Shown here piece by piece: positions 47,220-57,296 of a stretch of 64,000 nt of DNA. A model generated the notes under the pieces. The model had not been told where the DNA came from. It saw only the letters and a list, made by a program, of their open reading frames with translations, and did no database searches. This DNA comes from Flavobacteriales bacterium (lineage in GTDB: Bacteria > Bacteroidota > Bacteroidia > Flavobacteriales > UBA7430), in the NCBI GenBank assembly GCA_028110365.1, contig JAOGVT010000002.1:19180-83179 (forward strand), in the 5' to 3' direction. The stretch's first letter is position 1. Each line of letters opens with the position of its first letter. The translations under genes and the position numbers were made by a program.

Positions 47220-47251
47220 GCTCAATTGAGCGGCTTTTTTTGTTGAATAAA
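47220..47251. terminator. Bidirectional rho-independent terminator between convergent polA and the S46 peptidase gene
   Basis: The stem gccgctc(47227-47233)/gagcggc(47238-47244) has the loop aatt. An A-run precedes it and a T-run follows. Confidence 0.85.
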
Positions 47252-47264
47252 ATTCTGTTTGAAA

Positions 47265-49622
47265 TTACTTTTGTTCAGTCGAATACAAATTGCCAAACCA
47301 AGTAAAAGTCTTATCAACACCAACTCCTAAAGAAGTTTTTGCCGCTTTAAAAGCAGACTGAAAGTCTCCTTCAAAATTAGGCAATACATCTTCTACTTTC
47401 TCAATTTGTTCTACAACAGGTTTAATGACCTCTTCTACTTTATACACCAAATCCATCTCGTCAATTAAGTGAGTTGCACCAGCATATTTATCAACAATAA
47501 ACAATACGTAACGAATGTCGCAAGAAATAGTTCTTTGCAATTCTGGTTCAAAAGCTATGTCACCACTCATTGCTTCCCAATTCCCATCGAAGGCTGTACC
47601 AATAAGATGCCCTTTGGCGTTAATTACCGGTGACCCTGAGTTTCCTCCTGTAATGTCGGTGTTGTGAATAAAGTTGATGATAAGGTCTCCGTTTTCATCG
47701 GCGTACTGACCGTAGTCTTTTGCTTCGTAAAGGTCTATAAATCCTTGTGGTAAATCGAACTCATGATCACCAGGTACATATTTTTCAATAACACCTTCTA
47801 GTGTAGTTACGTAATCGTATTGAACCGCATCTGCAGGAACGTAATCTCCAACCGTACCAAAAGTAGTTCTCATGGTAGAGTTCGCATTCGGGTAGTAGTT
47901 CTTATCAGGATTCATTTTGCGAAGTCCGTCTACAAACAAACGATTCCCTTTACCCAGTTTTGCCTCGGCTTCTGCATTTACAGAACCCATCCCAAAGTAA
48001 GACTGAATAACAGAACCAGAAGCAACAATAGCCAAATCTTTTTCTAATTTCTTGGCATTTGGTGCGGCAATAAATGCAGCAAAACGAGCTGCGTCTGTAA
48101 AGTTAGATTTAGCATACATTTTAGCTGCATACTTTGTAAAATCTCCTTTGTATTTTTTGTTTACCATAGCAAAGAAACTAGGGTGTTGAGCAGCATCAAC
48201 ATCTGCTTGGTATTTGGCAAACAACTTGGCAAATTGCTCTTCATCTAGTGCAGCATCGTAATTTTTAAAATGCTCAGCAGCAAAACCTTCAAGACGAACA
48301 ATAAGCGCCGCTTTTTCTTCAGCATTTTCTGTTGCAATTAACTGATCAATCATACGCCTTGCTCTAAAAGCAAACAATACAACATCTGTACCTCTAATAC
48401 CAACTTCAGAAAGGTAGTTTGCCCCTTTTTCTGATCCATTCATTGCATCGTAAGCCTCAGCAATTAATGTAAGAGCTTCGCCGTACTTTGCTTTATTAGC
48501 TTCCGTAGAATTTGCAAAAGTGGTATAATCAGCTTCAATGGCTTGTTTCTTTCCATACACGTCTAGACGTTTCAATCCTTTTGATTGACCGATAAAGTAC
48601 TTCCAGTAATTGGCCGTTTGGGCATATTTGGCTGCGTACTGAATGCGAACTGCAGAGTTGGCATCCATATGCTTTTTCATTACTTTTAATTTCAAATCGC
48701 GAATGTCTACAATAGTAGGTGCTTTTATATCGAGCATTTGCTTAACACCCCATGAGGTTAAGAAACGATCTGTGGAACCTGGATAGCCCCAAACCATAGT
48801 ATAATCATCGTTTGCAACTCCTTCTAAAGAAACTGGTAAATGGTGGTAAAAGGCATTATTTTTTTCTCTTAAAGCCTTTGTTAAAGGCACATTTTCTTCT
48901 GCATAACCTGCTGGTGTTCCATCGGGAGCACAGTAAATACGGAACATGGAGAAATCACCCGTATGACGAGGCCACATCCAGTTGTCTGTATCTCCACCGT
49001 ACTTTCCTACTGACGATGGTGGTGCACCTACCAAACGTACATCGTTGAAACGTTCGTAAACGAACATATAATATTCATTTCCTTCAAAAAAAGATTTTAC
49101 TTGAGCAATGTAATCGTTGCCTTCGGAAACCTCTGCTTTAATCAATTTTATTTCAGCAGCTATGGCTTGCGCTCTTTCATCCTCGGTCATTTCGTTGTTT
49201 ACAACGGCCAAAACTCGTGTAGTCATATCTTCCATACGCAATAAATAATCAACGTATAAATCTGGGTTGTTTAACTCGGCTGCACGATCCATTGCCCAAA
49301 AACCATCTGTTAAATAATCGTTTTCTACGGTAGAGTGGTCTTGTATAGCTCCGTAACCACAGTGGTGGTTGGTTAAAACCAAGCCTTCGCCAGAGATCAC
49401 CTCTCCGGTACAAAAGCCACCAAAACTTACAATGGCATCTTTTAAACTCGAGTGGTTAATGCTGTACAATTCTTCTGCGGTTAACTGCAAACCTGCTGCT
49501 TGCATGTCTACTTCGTTTAATCGCTTAACGAACATTGGCAACCACATTCCTTCGTCTGCTTTCACTAAAGATGGCATAGCAAAAAGTACCGCCATCGTTA
49601 AAACTGCTATTTTCTTAAACAT
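47265..49622 (-). CDS. S46 family dipeptidyl-peptidase (DPP7/DPP11-like)
   Basis: 785 aa with a signal peptide. It has DEGMWLP, VLTNHHCG (His) and TGGNSGSPV (Ser). There is a ~65-aa C-terminal extension. Confidence 0.85.
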   Translation of the reverse strand: MFKKIAVLTMAVLFAMPSLVKADEGMWLPMFVKRLNEVDMQAAGLQLTAEELYSINHSSLKDAIVSFGGFCTGEVISGEGLVLTNHHCGYGAIQDHSTVENDYLTDGFWAMDRAAELNNPDLYVDYLLRMEDMTTRVLAVVNNEMTEDERAQAIAAEIKLIKAEVSEGNDYIAQVKSFFEGNEYYMFVYERFNDVRLVGAPPSSVGKYGGDTDNWMWPRHTGDFSMFRIYCAPDGTPAGYAEENVPLTKALREKNNAFYHHLPVSLEGVANDDYTMVWGYPGSTDRFLTSWGVKQMLDIKAPTIVDIRDLKLKVMKKHMDANSAVRIQYAAKYAQTANYWKYFIGQSKGLKRLDVYGKKQAIEADYTTFANSTEANKAKYGEALTLIAEAYDAMNGSEKGANYLSEVGIRGTDVVLFAFRARRMIDQLIATENAEEKAALIVRLEGFAAEHFKNYDAALDEEQFAKLFAKYQADVDAAQHPSFFAMVNKKYKGDFTKYAAKMYAKSNFTDAARFAAFIAAPNAKKLEKDLAIVASGSVIQSYFGMGSVNAEAEAKLGKGNRLFVDGLRKMNPDKNYYPNANSTMRTTFGTVGDYVPADAVQYDYVTTLEGVIEKYVPGDHEFDLPQGFIDLYEAKDYGQYADENGDLIINFIHNTDITGGNSGSPVINAKGHLIGTAFDGNWEAMSGDIAFEPELQRTISCDIRYVLFIVDKYAGATHLIDEMDLVYKVEEVIKPVVEQIEKVEDVLPNFEGDFQSAFKAAKTSLGVGVDKTFTWFGNLYSTEQK

Positions 49623-50239
49623 CTGATTGATTTTCTTATTAGTAAATATTTCTGCAAAGAAAAGAAATATTAAAGACTTGATGTCTAAATACTTTATGAA
49701 GTAATTATTTGATTTAGTAAAATGGGTTTTCAGGAATTCATTCCTATTTATGATTCACCTTAAAATCCATTCCCTCAATACAAAGTAATAATAACCCCAA
49801 ATGTTTTTATACTTATTTACTTAGGAGCTAAAAACCATAGCTAGTGGTAAAATTAGTCTTGATGAACCTGAAATTTTAGCTCTTTTTATATTTAGATTTT
49901 ATGCCGTATTTTTTTACAAAAACGTAAATAACTAAAAAAACTAGTATCCCTAACCAAAATAGCAGCTTAGTATTTTGTTGAATATCGAGTAGATTTTTAA
50001 AATAGTAATCTCTTGAAACTATAGCATCCCTTATGAGGTGATCTTTAAAAACATAATTGTCTTTAAAAAAGAATATTGCATCGAAAAGTAAATAAATAAT
50101 AAAGGTTGCAATAAATGCAAAAAATATTTTAAAGGTGTGTTTAATCGTTGGAGTATGTTTGCAATATGATCATGAAAAAAGCGTAAATAGATTCAAAGAA
50201 GAGGTTTGCTGCAAGTTGTATATCTAAAAATTAGCCCTA

Positions 50240-51460
50240 TTACTTGCACCCAAATTTAGACTCCAAAATACCGGCATAAAATAATTGGTTCGTTCCTCCG
50301 TATACTGAGGTAGGTAACATGCCCCCTTTAAACCGGTTAAAGTCGTTTCCAATAGGAATAACTGGACTGTGTTTTTTATTGTTTAAAATGAGGATGATTG
50401 AATTGTGAGTAAAGTCGATAAGAAAACACTTACCTGTCCATCCAGTATGACCTAATGCTGTTCCTGCCTCAGGAAGTAACATACCATAGATAAGTTCTGT
50501 GTGTATACTCGGTACTTGAAATCCTAATGTATACGACTTGTCTATGTTAAGTGAACAGGTAAATAAGTTTACAACTTCTTCAGAACATAAACGATAATCA
50601 CCGAACTGACCTTTGTTTAATATAAGCTGACATAAGACGGTTAAATCATTCACAGTAGAAAACAAGCCAGCATTGCCCGAAATTTGCTCCATACTGTAAA
50701 AAGCAGTTTCGTCTTGAACTTCTCCCTGAATTGTTTTTGTTCTTATGTTTGGAAAGGTGATGTGTCCATCTCTAGTATTTCCACAACGTTCGCTAGCTTC
50801 AAATCTGTTTTTAGGGAATCCTTTTTGCAACAAAGCATAGCCGGTATTTTTAAGACCTAATGGTTTGTAAATAACAGTTTCAACAAATTCATCTTGACGC
50901 ATGCTAGTTACCTTTTCAAGTATTATACCTAACATAACAAAATTCAAATCACTATAAACGGTTACCGTTCCTGGCTTATTAAGCAATGGTACTTTTGGTA
51001 ATAATTCAATTGTTTTACTTCTTGTTTGAGAATAAAAATTTGGTGAAACAAGTTTTGGATTGTAGAAATGAAAATCTGAAGCATAGCCTGAGTTATGCTG
51101 AAGCAGCTGTTTGATCGTAACCACATCCTTATCACTTCCACTAAATTCTGGAATGTATTTTTTTACTTTATCATCTACACAAATACGTTTTTCGTCTACC
51201 AATTTCATAAAACCAAGTGTAGTTGAGAATATCTTTGTCAGAGAAGCCAAATCAAAAATTGTATCGAGTTTAGCAGGCTCAGGATTTGGCATTAATTCAA
51301 GTTCGTTATACTTTCGCTGAAAACCATGAGCTTCTTGATAAATAATATCGTTATTTAAACTAAAAGATGCCACAACACCGGATAAACCATTATTAGTTGA
51401 AAATATAATCTCGTTCCTTACTCTTTGAATCCATTTACTAGGAAAATTTACTTCTGTCAT
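50240..51460 (-). CDS. Serine hydrolase of the beta-lactamase/transpeptidase-like family
   Basis: 406 aa. It has ASLTKIF (S-x-x-K), YSDLN (Y-x-N-like) and HTGWTG (KTG-like). I see no clear signal peptide. Confidence 0.75.
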   Translation of the reverse strand: MTEVNFPSKWIQRVRNEIIFSTNNGLSGVVASFSLNNDIIYQEAHGFQRKYNELELMPNPEPAKLDTIFDLASLTKIFSTTLGFMKLVDEKRICVDDKVKKYIPEFSGSDKDVVTIKQLLQHNSGYASDFHFYNPKLVSPNFYSQTRSKTIELLPKVPLLNKPGTVTVYSDLNFVMLGIILEKVTSMRQDEFVETVIYKPLGLKNTGYALLQKGFPKNRFEASERCGNTRDGHITFPNIRTKTIQGEVQDETAFYSMEQISGNAGLFSTVNDLTVLCQLILNKGQFGDYRLCSEEVVNLFTCSLNIDKSYTLGFQVPSIHTELIYGMLLPEAGTALGHTGWTGKCFLIDFTHNSIILILNNKKHSPVIPIGNDFNRFKGGMLPTSVYGGTNQLFYAGILESKFGCK

Positions 51461-51636
51461 AACTTTTTTTGTAATTCTATTTTTGTGTAATGATACGATC
51501 TGAATTCCTTGGTGATTTAATCCTTGAAATTATCTTATGCTTAGCTCATATAGTTTGAGTTAAAAAATATATGTTTTAACAAAATATTCTTTTAATACCA
51601 TGAAAAGTCTACAAAAGAATACAGCTCAATTATTTT

Positions 51637-52377
51637 TTAAGGATAATCTTTCAAATGAGCAAATTTATAATCTTTGTTGCTTTTTAAAATGTCCATTAAT
51701 TTCTTTAATTCAGATTCTTCATAACTGGTTTGAAACATTTCATCGTGACACAACAAAACAATATGCGATTTTGTAAATAGTTTGTTGTCATTCAATTTTT
51801 GTTCAATTTGCTTATATATTTCATTTGCTGTTCCTATGGGTTCAGCCGTATGTGGGTCATGACTCCATTCTATATCCCAACCAAAAAGGGAGAATCCGTT
51901 TTTACTTAGTAAATCGGCCGCTTGTGTTCCACTGTCTACGTCATTTCTACTTCTCTCATTAATTCTCCACATATTTCTACCGGGCAACCGAGCTATTTTA
52001 TTGTCTAATTTTAAAGTATCCATATTTTTAATAAAATCTTTTAAAACTCCAGTTGGATTTGAATAGTAAATCTTGTAATGATTATTCGCATGAGAGTAAC
52101 TATGATTACCAACTTGTATGTATGGATTTTCTTTATACAACGCTACATCTTTTGGTCTAACCAAACCATGCTCACCCACCAATAAAACCGTTATGGGTAT
52201 TTTCTCGTCATATACAACTTTATTTATTCGTTGACTCCCATTTAGAGGGCCATCGTCAAAAGTGAGATAAATACATTTCTGATTCTTTTGTTGATCACTG
52301 AGATTCATTTCCTTAAAAAAAGTGTTTGAGAAAAACACGAGGCATATAAATAATAAACCGATTATTTTTTTGATCAT
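51637..52377 (-). CDS. Polysaccharide deacetylase (NodB homology) family protein
   Basis: 246 aa with an N-terminal hydrophobic segment. It has LTFDDGP, GNHSYSH and a late LLCHD. Confidence 0.75.
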   Translation of the reverse strand: MIKKIIGLLFICLVFFSNTFFKEMNLSDQQKNQKCIYLTFDDGPLNGSQRINKVVYDEKIPITVLLVGEHGLVRPKDVALYKENPYIQVGNHSYSHANNHYKIYYSNPTGVLKDFIKNMDTLKLDNKIARLPGRNMWRINERSRNDVDSGTQAADLLSKNGFSLFGWDIEWSHDPHTAEPIGTANEIYKQIEQKLNDNKLFTKSHIVLLCHDEMFQTSYEESELKKLMDILKSNKDYKFAHLKDYP

Positions 52378-52567
52378 TTTAAACGCTTTTTAAATTAAAA
52401 AAAAATTAACTGAAACAAATTAAGGTTAAATATTTACATATGTCAATGGGTAATGTTACTCAGATTTGAGTCTTGTTGAATTTAAAGTCGCATTAATGAG
52501 CACCAAAAAATATAGTTTACACGCATGAAAAAATGAATTTATCTATTAAAAGTTTTAAATTTGCGCT

Positions 52568-53770
52568 ATGGATTCACTTACACAAATTGTATTAGGCGCA
52601 GCAGTTGGAGAGCTTGTTTTAGGTAAAAAAATTGGAAACAGAGCTATGGTTTGGGGAGCTGTTGGCGGTACCATTCCCGATTTAGATGTTTTAGGTAAAT
52701 TCTTTTTAACAAACATAGACAACCTAGCTTTCCATAGAGGCTTTAGCCACTCCATTCTATTTTCTTTATTGGGTGCCTGGATGTTTGGAAAATTGGTATA
52801 CCTTATTTACAAAAGCCCACACCACAAGTGGATTGCACTTATGCTTAGGTTTTTAGCCACTATTCTCATTGGTTTTTCTATTCATTTTGTATTGAATATT
52901 ATTGCACCTAAACCACTTATTCCAATGCTATTTGCAGGAGCTATATTGGCTTATATTCTCTACCGAACAACCTACAAAAAGTACTTTACTGGTTTGTGGG
53001 AATCCCCAAAGGCAAGCGAAAAAGAATGGCAGTGGTTATTCTTCTGGTCTTTACTTACCCACCCTATTCTCGATTGCTTTACCATGTACGGCACACAATT
53101 GTTTTCTCCATTTACAAACACGCGCGTAGCTTGGTCTACAATTTCTGTTGCAGACCCACTATACACAATGCCCTTTATTGTTTGTTTATTGATTGCCGCA
53201 ACTTATAAAAAAGAAGCAAATTTACGTAGAAAATGGAACCAATTGGGCATACTAGTAAGTTCGCTTTATTTAGGTGCAACTGTGATTAACAAGATTAATA
53301 TAGACGCTGTTTATAGGGAGGCTTTAAGTGCGCAGGAAATTGAGGTAAAGCGATTTGTAACCAATCCGGCTATTTTGAGTAATGTACTTTGGTCTTGTGT
53401 AGCTGAAACCGACACGAGCTTTTACCTCTCACAATACTCATTATTTGACCAAAGCGAAATAGTGTTTACAGAAGTAGCAAAAAACCACAATTTACTTAAA
53501 AACAAGCAAAATGATGAAACTCTAAAAACACTTGCTTGGTTTAGCGACAATTATTACAATGTAATTCCTCTGGAAAATAGTTTGCAGATGAACGATTTGC
53601 GTTTTGGTGTTTTCTTTAACGAAGAAAATACTATTGATGCTTACATATTTAGGTTTGAACTCTTGGAAGGTAAAAACGGATACGAGATGCAACAGGCTGA
53701 AGGTGGGCCACCAAAAGAAAAGCAAGCCGGCATGTTTAGTGCGTTATGGAAACGGATAAAGGGGGTTTAA
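52568..53770 (+). CDS. Membrane-bound metal-dependent hydrolase (YdjM/DUF457-like)
   Basis: 400 aa. It has MDSLTQIVLGAAVGE...GGTIPDLD...HRGFSHS, several transmembrane segments and a C-terminal soluble domain. Confidence 0.7.
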   Translation: MDSLTQIVLGAAVGELVLGKKIGNRAMVWGAVGGTIPDLDVLGKFFLTNIDNLAFHRGFSHSILFSLLGAWMFGKLVYLIYKSPHHKWIALMLRFLATILIGFSIHFVLNIIAPKPLIPMLFAGAILAYILYRTTYKKYFTGLWESPKASEKEWQWLFFWSLLTHPILDCFTMYGTQLFSPFTNTRVAWSTISVADPLYTMPFIVCLLIAATYKKEANLRRKWNQLGILVSSLYLGATVINKINIDAVYREALSAQEIEVKRFVTNPAILSNVLWSCVAETDTSFYLSQYSLFDQSEIVFTEVAKNHNLLKNKQNDETLKTLAWFSDNYYNVIPLENSLQMNDLRFGVFFNEENTIDAYIFRFELLEGKNGYEMQQAEGGPPKEKQAGMFSALWKRIKGV

Positions 53771-53804
53771 ACGACGTTTAGCTATTGAGAAAATATTTTA
53801 CAAA

Positions 53805-54461
53805 TCACAATTTTTGAACCAACAAACATTTACAAACCTCATACGTAAGAACAAGTGTTTTAGTAGGCGTTAATCCTATTTCAAAACTGTTATCAAAGCG
53901 CTCAATCTGTTGTACCTTAAATTCTGTTCCTAAGGTGATTTTTTTCTTATTTAGGTAAAGTAAAAATTCTCTGGAACTCTTTAACAAACCACACAATCTT
54001 ACCTTTTCTCCTGCTTTAATAGTGGTTAAATTAATATAGGTGGATTTTGGAATGGTTCCATTTTTATCTGGTATAGGAGAACCGTGAGGATCAATAGTTG
54101 GAAAACCCAATATCTCATCCATCCGATCAAAAAAAGAATGCGATTTTAAGTGCTCCATTTCTTCTGCTATTTCGTGTACTTCTTCCCAACCAAAACCCAT
54201 AACTTCGGCTAAAAACATTTCGGCCAACCTGTGTTTTCTTACAATTAAAGCACCCATTTTTTTTCCTGCTTGGGTTAGTTCTAAAGGTTTGTATTTTTCA
54301 TACAAAAGCCAATTATTCTGTTCCATTTTTTTTACCATATTATTGGCTGTTGGCTTACTAACCTTCATCTTGTTTGCCAATGCTGTAATGGATATTTGCT
54401 GGTTTTTCTGGCTCAGAAAAAAAACAGCTTTCAAGTAATTTTCTTTAGTTGGAGTGGGCAT
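53805..54461 (-). CDS. DtxR/MntR family metal-dependent transcriptional repressor with a FeoA/SH3-like C-domain
   Basis: 218 aa. It has TKENYLKAVFFL, RKHRLAEMFL, HEIAEEMEH and DPHGSPIP. Confidence 0.85.
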   Translation of the reverse strand: MPTPTKENYLKAVFFLSQKNQQISITALANKMKVSKPTANNMVKKMEQNNWLLYEKYKPLELTQAGKKMGALIVRKHRLAEMFLAEVMGFGWEEVHEIAEEMEHLKSHSFFDRMDEILGFPTIDPHGSPIPDKNGTIPKSTYINLTTIKAGEKVRLCGLLKSSREFLLYLNKKKITLGTEFKVQQIERFDNSFEIGLTPTKTLVLTYEVCKCLLVQKL

Positions 54462-54499
54462 AAAATAACTTTAATGTAACAAATATAGATAAAAAAATT

Positions 54500-54515
54500 G
54501 TTAGCCCAGTCTAAC
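54500..54515. promoter_or_regulatory. Candidate DtxR/MntR-type operator (inverted repeat GTTAG-n6-CTAAC)
   Basis: gttagcccagtctaac sits in the 79-bp divergent spacer between the repressor gene and the TonB-dependent receptor gene. It resembles the GTTAGCCTAAC core of DtxR boxes and ends 4 nt before a -7 box. Confidence 0.4.
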
Positions 54516-54519
54516 TTAT

Positions 54520-54527
54520 TATATTTG
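54520..54527 (+). promoter_or_regulatory. Bacteroidota-type -7 box (TATATTTG) for the TonB-dependent receptor gene
   Basis: It matches TAnnTTTG and lies 13 nt upstream of the ATG at 54541. Confidence 0.4.
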
Positions 54528-54540
54528 CACCATAAAACAA

Positions 54541-56871
54541 ATGAGTTATTTTATGCAAATAAATTTTATTTTAACCTTTTTTACCTATTTACTACTTTGT
54601 ACAAATATCTTGTATGGACAAAATGGAGCTATAACTGGACTTGTTAAGGTAGATGGAACTCTGCAAGAATTCGCAACAGTTAGCGTTTCAACAAAACCTG
54701 TAATTGGAGCGGTAAGTAATGCAAGAGGCTATTTTATTTTACAAGACCTGCCTAATGGCACTTATACATTAACCGCATCTTTTGTTGGCTACAAAAAACA
54801 AATCCAAACAATTACGCTTAACAAAAATGCTAAAACGATTGATGTTGTATTTAATTTGAATGAACCTATAAATACATTGAATGAAATTGTTGTTACAGGA
54901 ACTAAAACTTACAAAAGACAAACCGACTCACCTGTAATTGTTAATTTAATTAACAGCCAGACCTTAAATAATGTACAGGCTTGTAATTTGTCCGAAGGTT
55001 TAAAGTTTCAGCCTGGGCTTCGGGTAGAAACAAATTGTCAGACATGTAATTACACACAATTACGTATGAATGGTTTGGCAGGAGGGTATTCACAAATTCT
55101 GATTAATGGCAGACCTATATTTAGTCCTTTAACAGGTTTGTACGGTATAGAGCAGCTTCCAACAAATATGATAGACCGAATAGAAGTGGTTAGAGGTGGG
55201 GGTTCTTCTTTGTACGGATCGAGTGCAATTGGAGGTACTGTAAATGTAATTACCAAGGTGCCAAAAAAAAACGCTTACGAGCTTACTTCTTTTTACCAAA
55301 ATATTAATGGCAAAACAAATGATGTTGTGGTGAGCGGAAACAGCTCTTTGGTTTCTGAAAACAACAATTCGGGTGTGTCCTTCTTCTTTAACCATAGAGC
55401 GCGAGATTTATACGACCACAATAAAGATGGTTTCTCAGAAATCCCAAAAATTGAAAACAATTCTTTTGGAGCAAATGTGTTTTTTTTACCCAATGAAGAT
55501 CAAAAAATAGAATTCAACCTGAGTAATTTAAATGAATTTAGATCTGGAGGTGAACTTTCAGATAAGCCCGCCTATTTGACATCGCAAGCGGAAGAGCGAA
55601 CACACCAAGTTAGGATGGGAAGTGCCGACTATCAAATCACAAAAGAAAACACCTCTCTTATTACTTATGCCGCTTGGCAAAACACAAAACGAAAGCACTA
55701 CACCGGAATCTTTCCCGATGAAGAGCTGGCCCTACAATCTCATTTAGAAAACCCACCCTATGGAACCTCAAACACCACAACACTGCAAGGTGGTTTTCAG
55801 CTAAACCACAAAAAATACAACTTTCTAAAAGGAACCAATACATTTACGCTTGGAAGCGAATATGTTATAGACGATGTATTTGATGAAATTGAATCTTACA
55901 ACTACTCTATTGATCAAAGAACAACCGATCTTGGACTATTTGTTCAAAGTGATTGGAATTTATCTCGTTCAATAAATTTACTTTCAGGGGTGCGAATGGA
56001 TAAGCACAATTTAATAAACGGTCTGGTTTTTAGTCCGCGCTATTCTTTACTCTACAAACATAAAGTAAACACACAGTTTCGGATTAATTACGGAACCGGA
56101 TTTAGAGCACCACAAGCATTTGATACGGATCTGCACATGGCGTTTGCAGGCGGCGGTATATCGCGTGTTAACCTATCTCCAGAACTGAGACCAGAAAAAT
56201 CGCAAAGTTTTAGCACATCGGTAAACTACGATAAACCAAGCGAGCACTTTATTGCTGGTTTTACCATTGAGGCTTTTTACACGCGTTTAGAAGATGCTTT
56301 TTATTTACAACCCATTGGCCAAGATAATTTTGGCTCTTTATTTGAAAAACAAAACGGACAAGGCGCAACAGTTCAAGGAATTACTTTAGAACTTCGAGCG
56401 AATTACGATAAGAAAATTCAATTGGAAACAGGCTTTACACTACAGTCCAGTAAGTTTGATGAAAAAGTAAGTTATATAGATGGATTGGAGGGCTTAAAAG
56501 ATTTTGTAAGAACACCATCAAACTATGGTTTTGCTACTTTAACTATTACACCAAACAGCAAAATAAATGCAAACCTTAATTACATTTACACCGGCGAGAT
56601 GAAGGTGCCGCACTTTGCTGGTGCACCAAATCAAACGATAGACGAAATGAGTACCTCAAAGCCTTTTTCTGAGTTGAGTGCAAAAATTGCCTACACCTTT
56701 ACATACGTTAAAATGCAATCGGCTATTGAAATATGTGGTGGTGTAAAAAATCTATTTAATTCGTACCAAAGCAATTTTGATATTGGTAAAAACAGAGACA
56801 GTAATTATGTGTTTGGCCCATCACTGCCAAGAACTTTTTTTATAGGTGTTAAATTAAAAAAACAACCTTAG
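54541..56871 (+). CDS. TonB-dependent receptor (CarboxypepD_reg-like N-domain; plug with a CxxC motif)
   Basis: 776 aa. It has ITGLVKVDG...GTYTLTASFVGY, the plug motifs ETNCQTCNYTQLRMNGL and ILINGRPIF, and VVRGGGSSLYGSSAIGGTVN. Confidence 0.9.
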   Translation: MSYFMQINFILTFFTYLLLCTNILYGQNGAITGLVKVDGTLQEFATVSVSTKPVIGAVSNARGYFILQDLPNGTYTLTASFVGYKKQIQTITLNKNAKTIDVVFNLNEPINTLNEIVVTGTKTYKRQTDSPVIVNLINSQTLNNVQACNLSEGLKFQPGLRVETNCQTCNYTQLRMNGLAGGYSQILINGRPIFSPLTGLYGIEQLPTNMIDRIEVVRGGGSSLYGSSAIGGTVNVITKVPKKNAYELTSFYQNINGKTNDVVVSGNSSLVSENNNSGVSFFFNHRARDLYDHNKDGFSEIPKIENNSFGANVFFLPNEDQKIEFNLSNLNEFRSGGELSDKPAYLTSQAEERTHQVRMGSADYQITKENTSLITYAAWQNTKRKHYTGIFPDEELALQSHLENPPYGTSNTTTLQGGFQLNHKKYNFLKGTNTFTLGSEYVIDDVFDEIESYNYSIDQRTTDLGLFVQSDWNLSRSINLLSGVRMDKHNLINGLVFSPRYSLLYKHKVNTQFRINYGTGFRAPQAFDTDLHMAFAGGGISRVNLSPELRPEKSQSFSTSVNYDKPSEHFIAGFTIEAFYTRLEDAFYLQPIGQDNFGSLFEKQNGQGATVQGITLELRANYDKKIQLETGFTLQSSKFDEKVSYIDGLEGLKDFVRTPSNYGFATLTITPNSKINANLNYIYTGEMKVPHFAGAPNQTIDEMSTSKPFSELSAKIAYTFTYVKMQSAIEICGGVKNLFNSYQSNFDIGKNRDSNYVFGPSLPRTFFIGVKLKKQP

Positions 56872-57296
56872 TCTTCATCCCCAACATCGTAGGACCAATC
56901 TTCGTCCATCCACGCATCAATTTGCTTAAAATTCTCCAGCTCTCTTCGATCTCTTTTTGTAGGTCTTCCGAGTCCAATATCACGATCTTCTCCAGACAAT
57001 CTTCGGTGGTGAAAAGCTCTAAACTTTTCTCGTTCCTCTGGGGAAGTTAAATCTTCGTAACAATCTTTAGCAATAGAAAAACCAACTCTTGATTTTAAAA
57101 CTTCCAAAATTTTAAACTCTAATTTAAGCCCTTTTTTATCTACCGAAATCAAGTCGTTTACCAAAACCATACGAGCGGGTTTACACTTACTTCCACTCAC
57201 CTTAATTTTACCTGATTTACAGGCCTGTGTTGCAATACTTCTTGATTTGAATATGCGAACAGTCCACAACCATTTGTCAATTCTTACTTTCTCCAT
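56868..57296 (-). CDS. S4 domain RNA-binding protein (Hsp15/HslR-like)
   Basis: 142 aa. The sequence reads VRIDKWLWTVRIFKSRSIATQACKSGKIKV. The start overlaps the 3' end of uvrC by 20 nt. Confidence 0.8.
   Translation of the reverse strand: MEKVRIDKWLWTVRIFKSRSIATQACKSGKIKVSGSKCKPARMVLVNDLISVDKKGLKLEFKILEVLKSRVGFSIAKDCYEDLTSPEEREKFRAFHHRRLSGEDRDIGLGRPTKRDRRELENFKQIDAWMDEDWSYDVGDED

Noticed and set aside
49645-49671. Perfect 9-bp inverted repeat (aatatttct n9 agaaatatt) just upstream of the S46 peptidase start codon
   Set aside because: It is composed almost entirely of A and T in a very AT-rich spacer, where such repeats arise easily. It has no second copy or associated regulator gene and makes a weak hairpin.
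49876-50150. ~90-codon open frame (minus strand) for a hydrophobic peptide in the long spacer upstream of the S46 peptidase gene
   Set aside because: Reading codon by codon I found no in-frame ATG, GTG or TTG after the upstream TGA. It cannot be called a CDS. I mention it only as a possible gene remnant in the islet finding.
56868-56871. Convergent 4-nt overlap of the stop codons of the TonB-dependent receptor gene and the S4-domain gene
   Set aside because: The overlap is real, but this is a common compact-genome arrangement. I found no hairpin or other structure to interpret.
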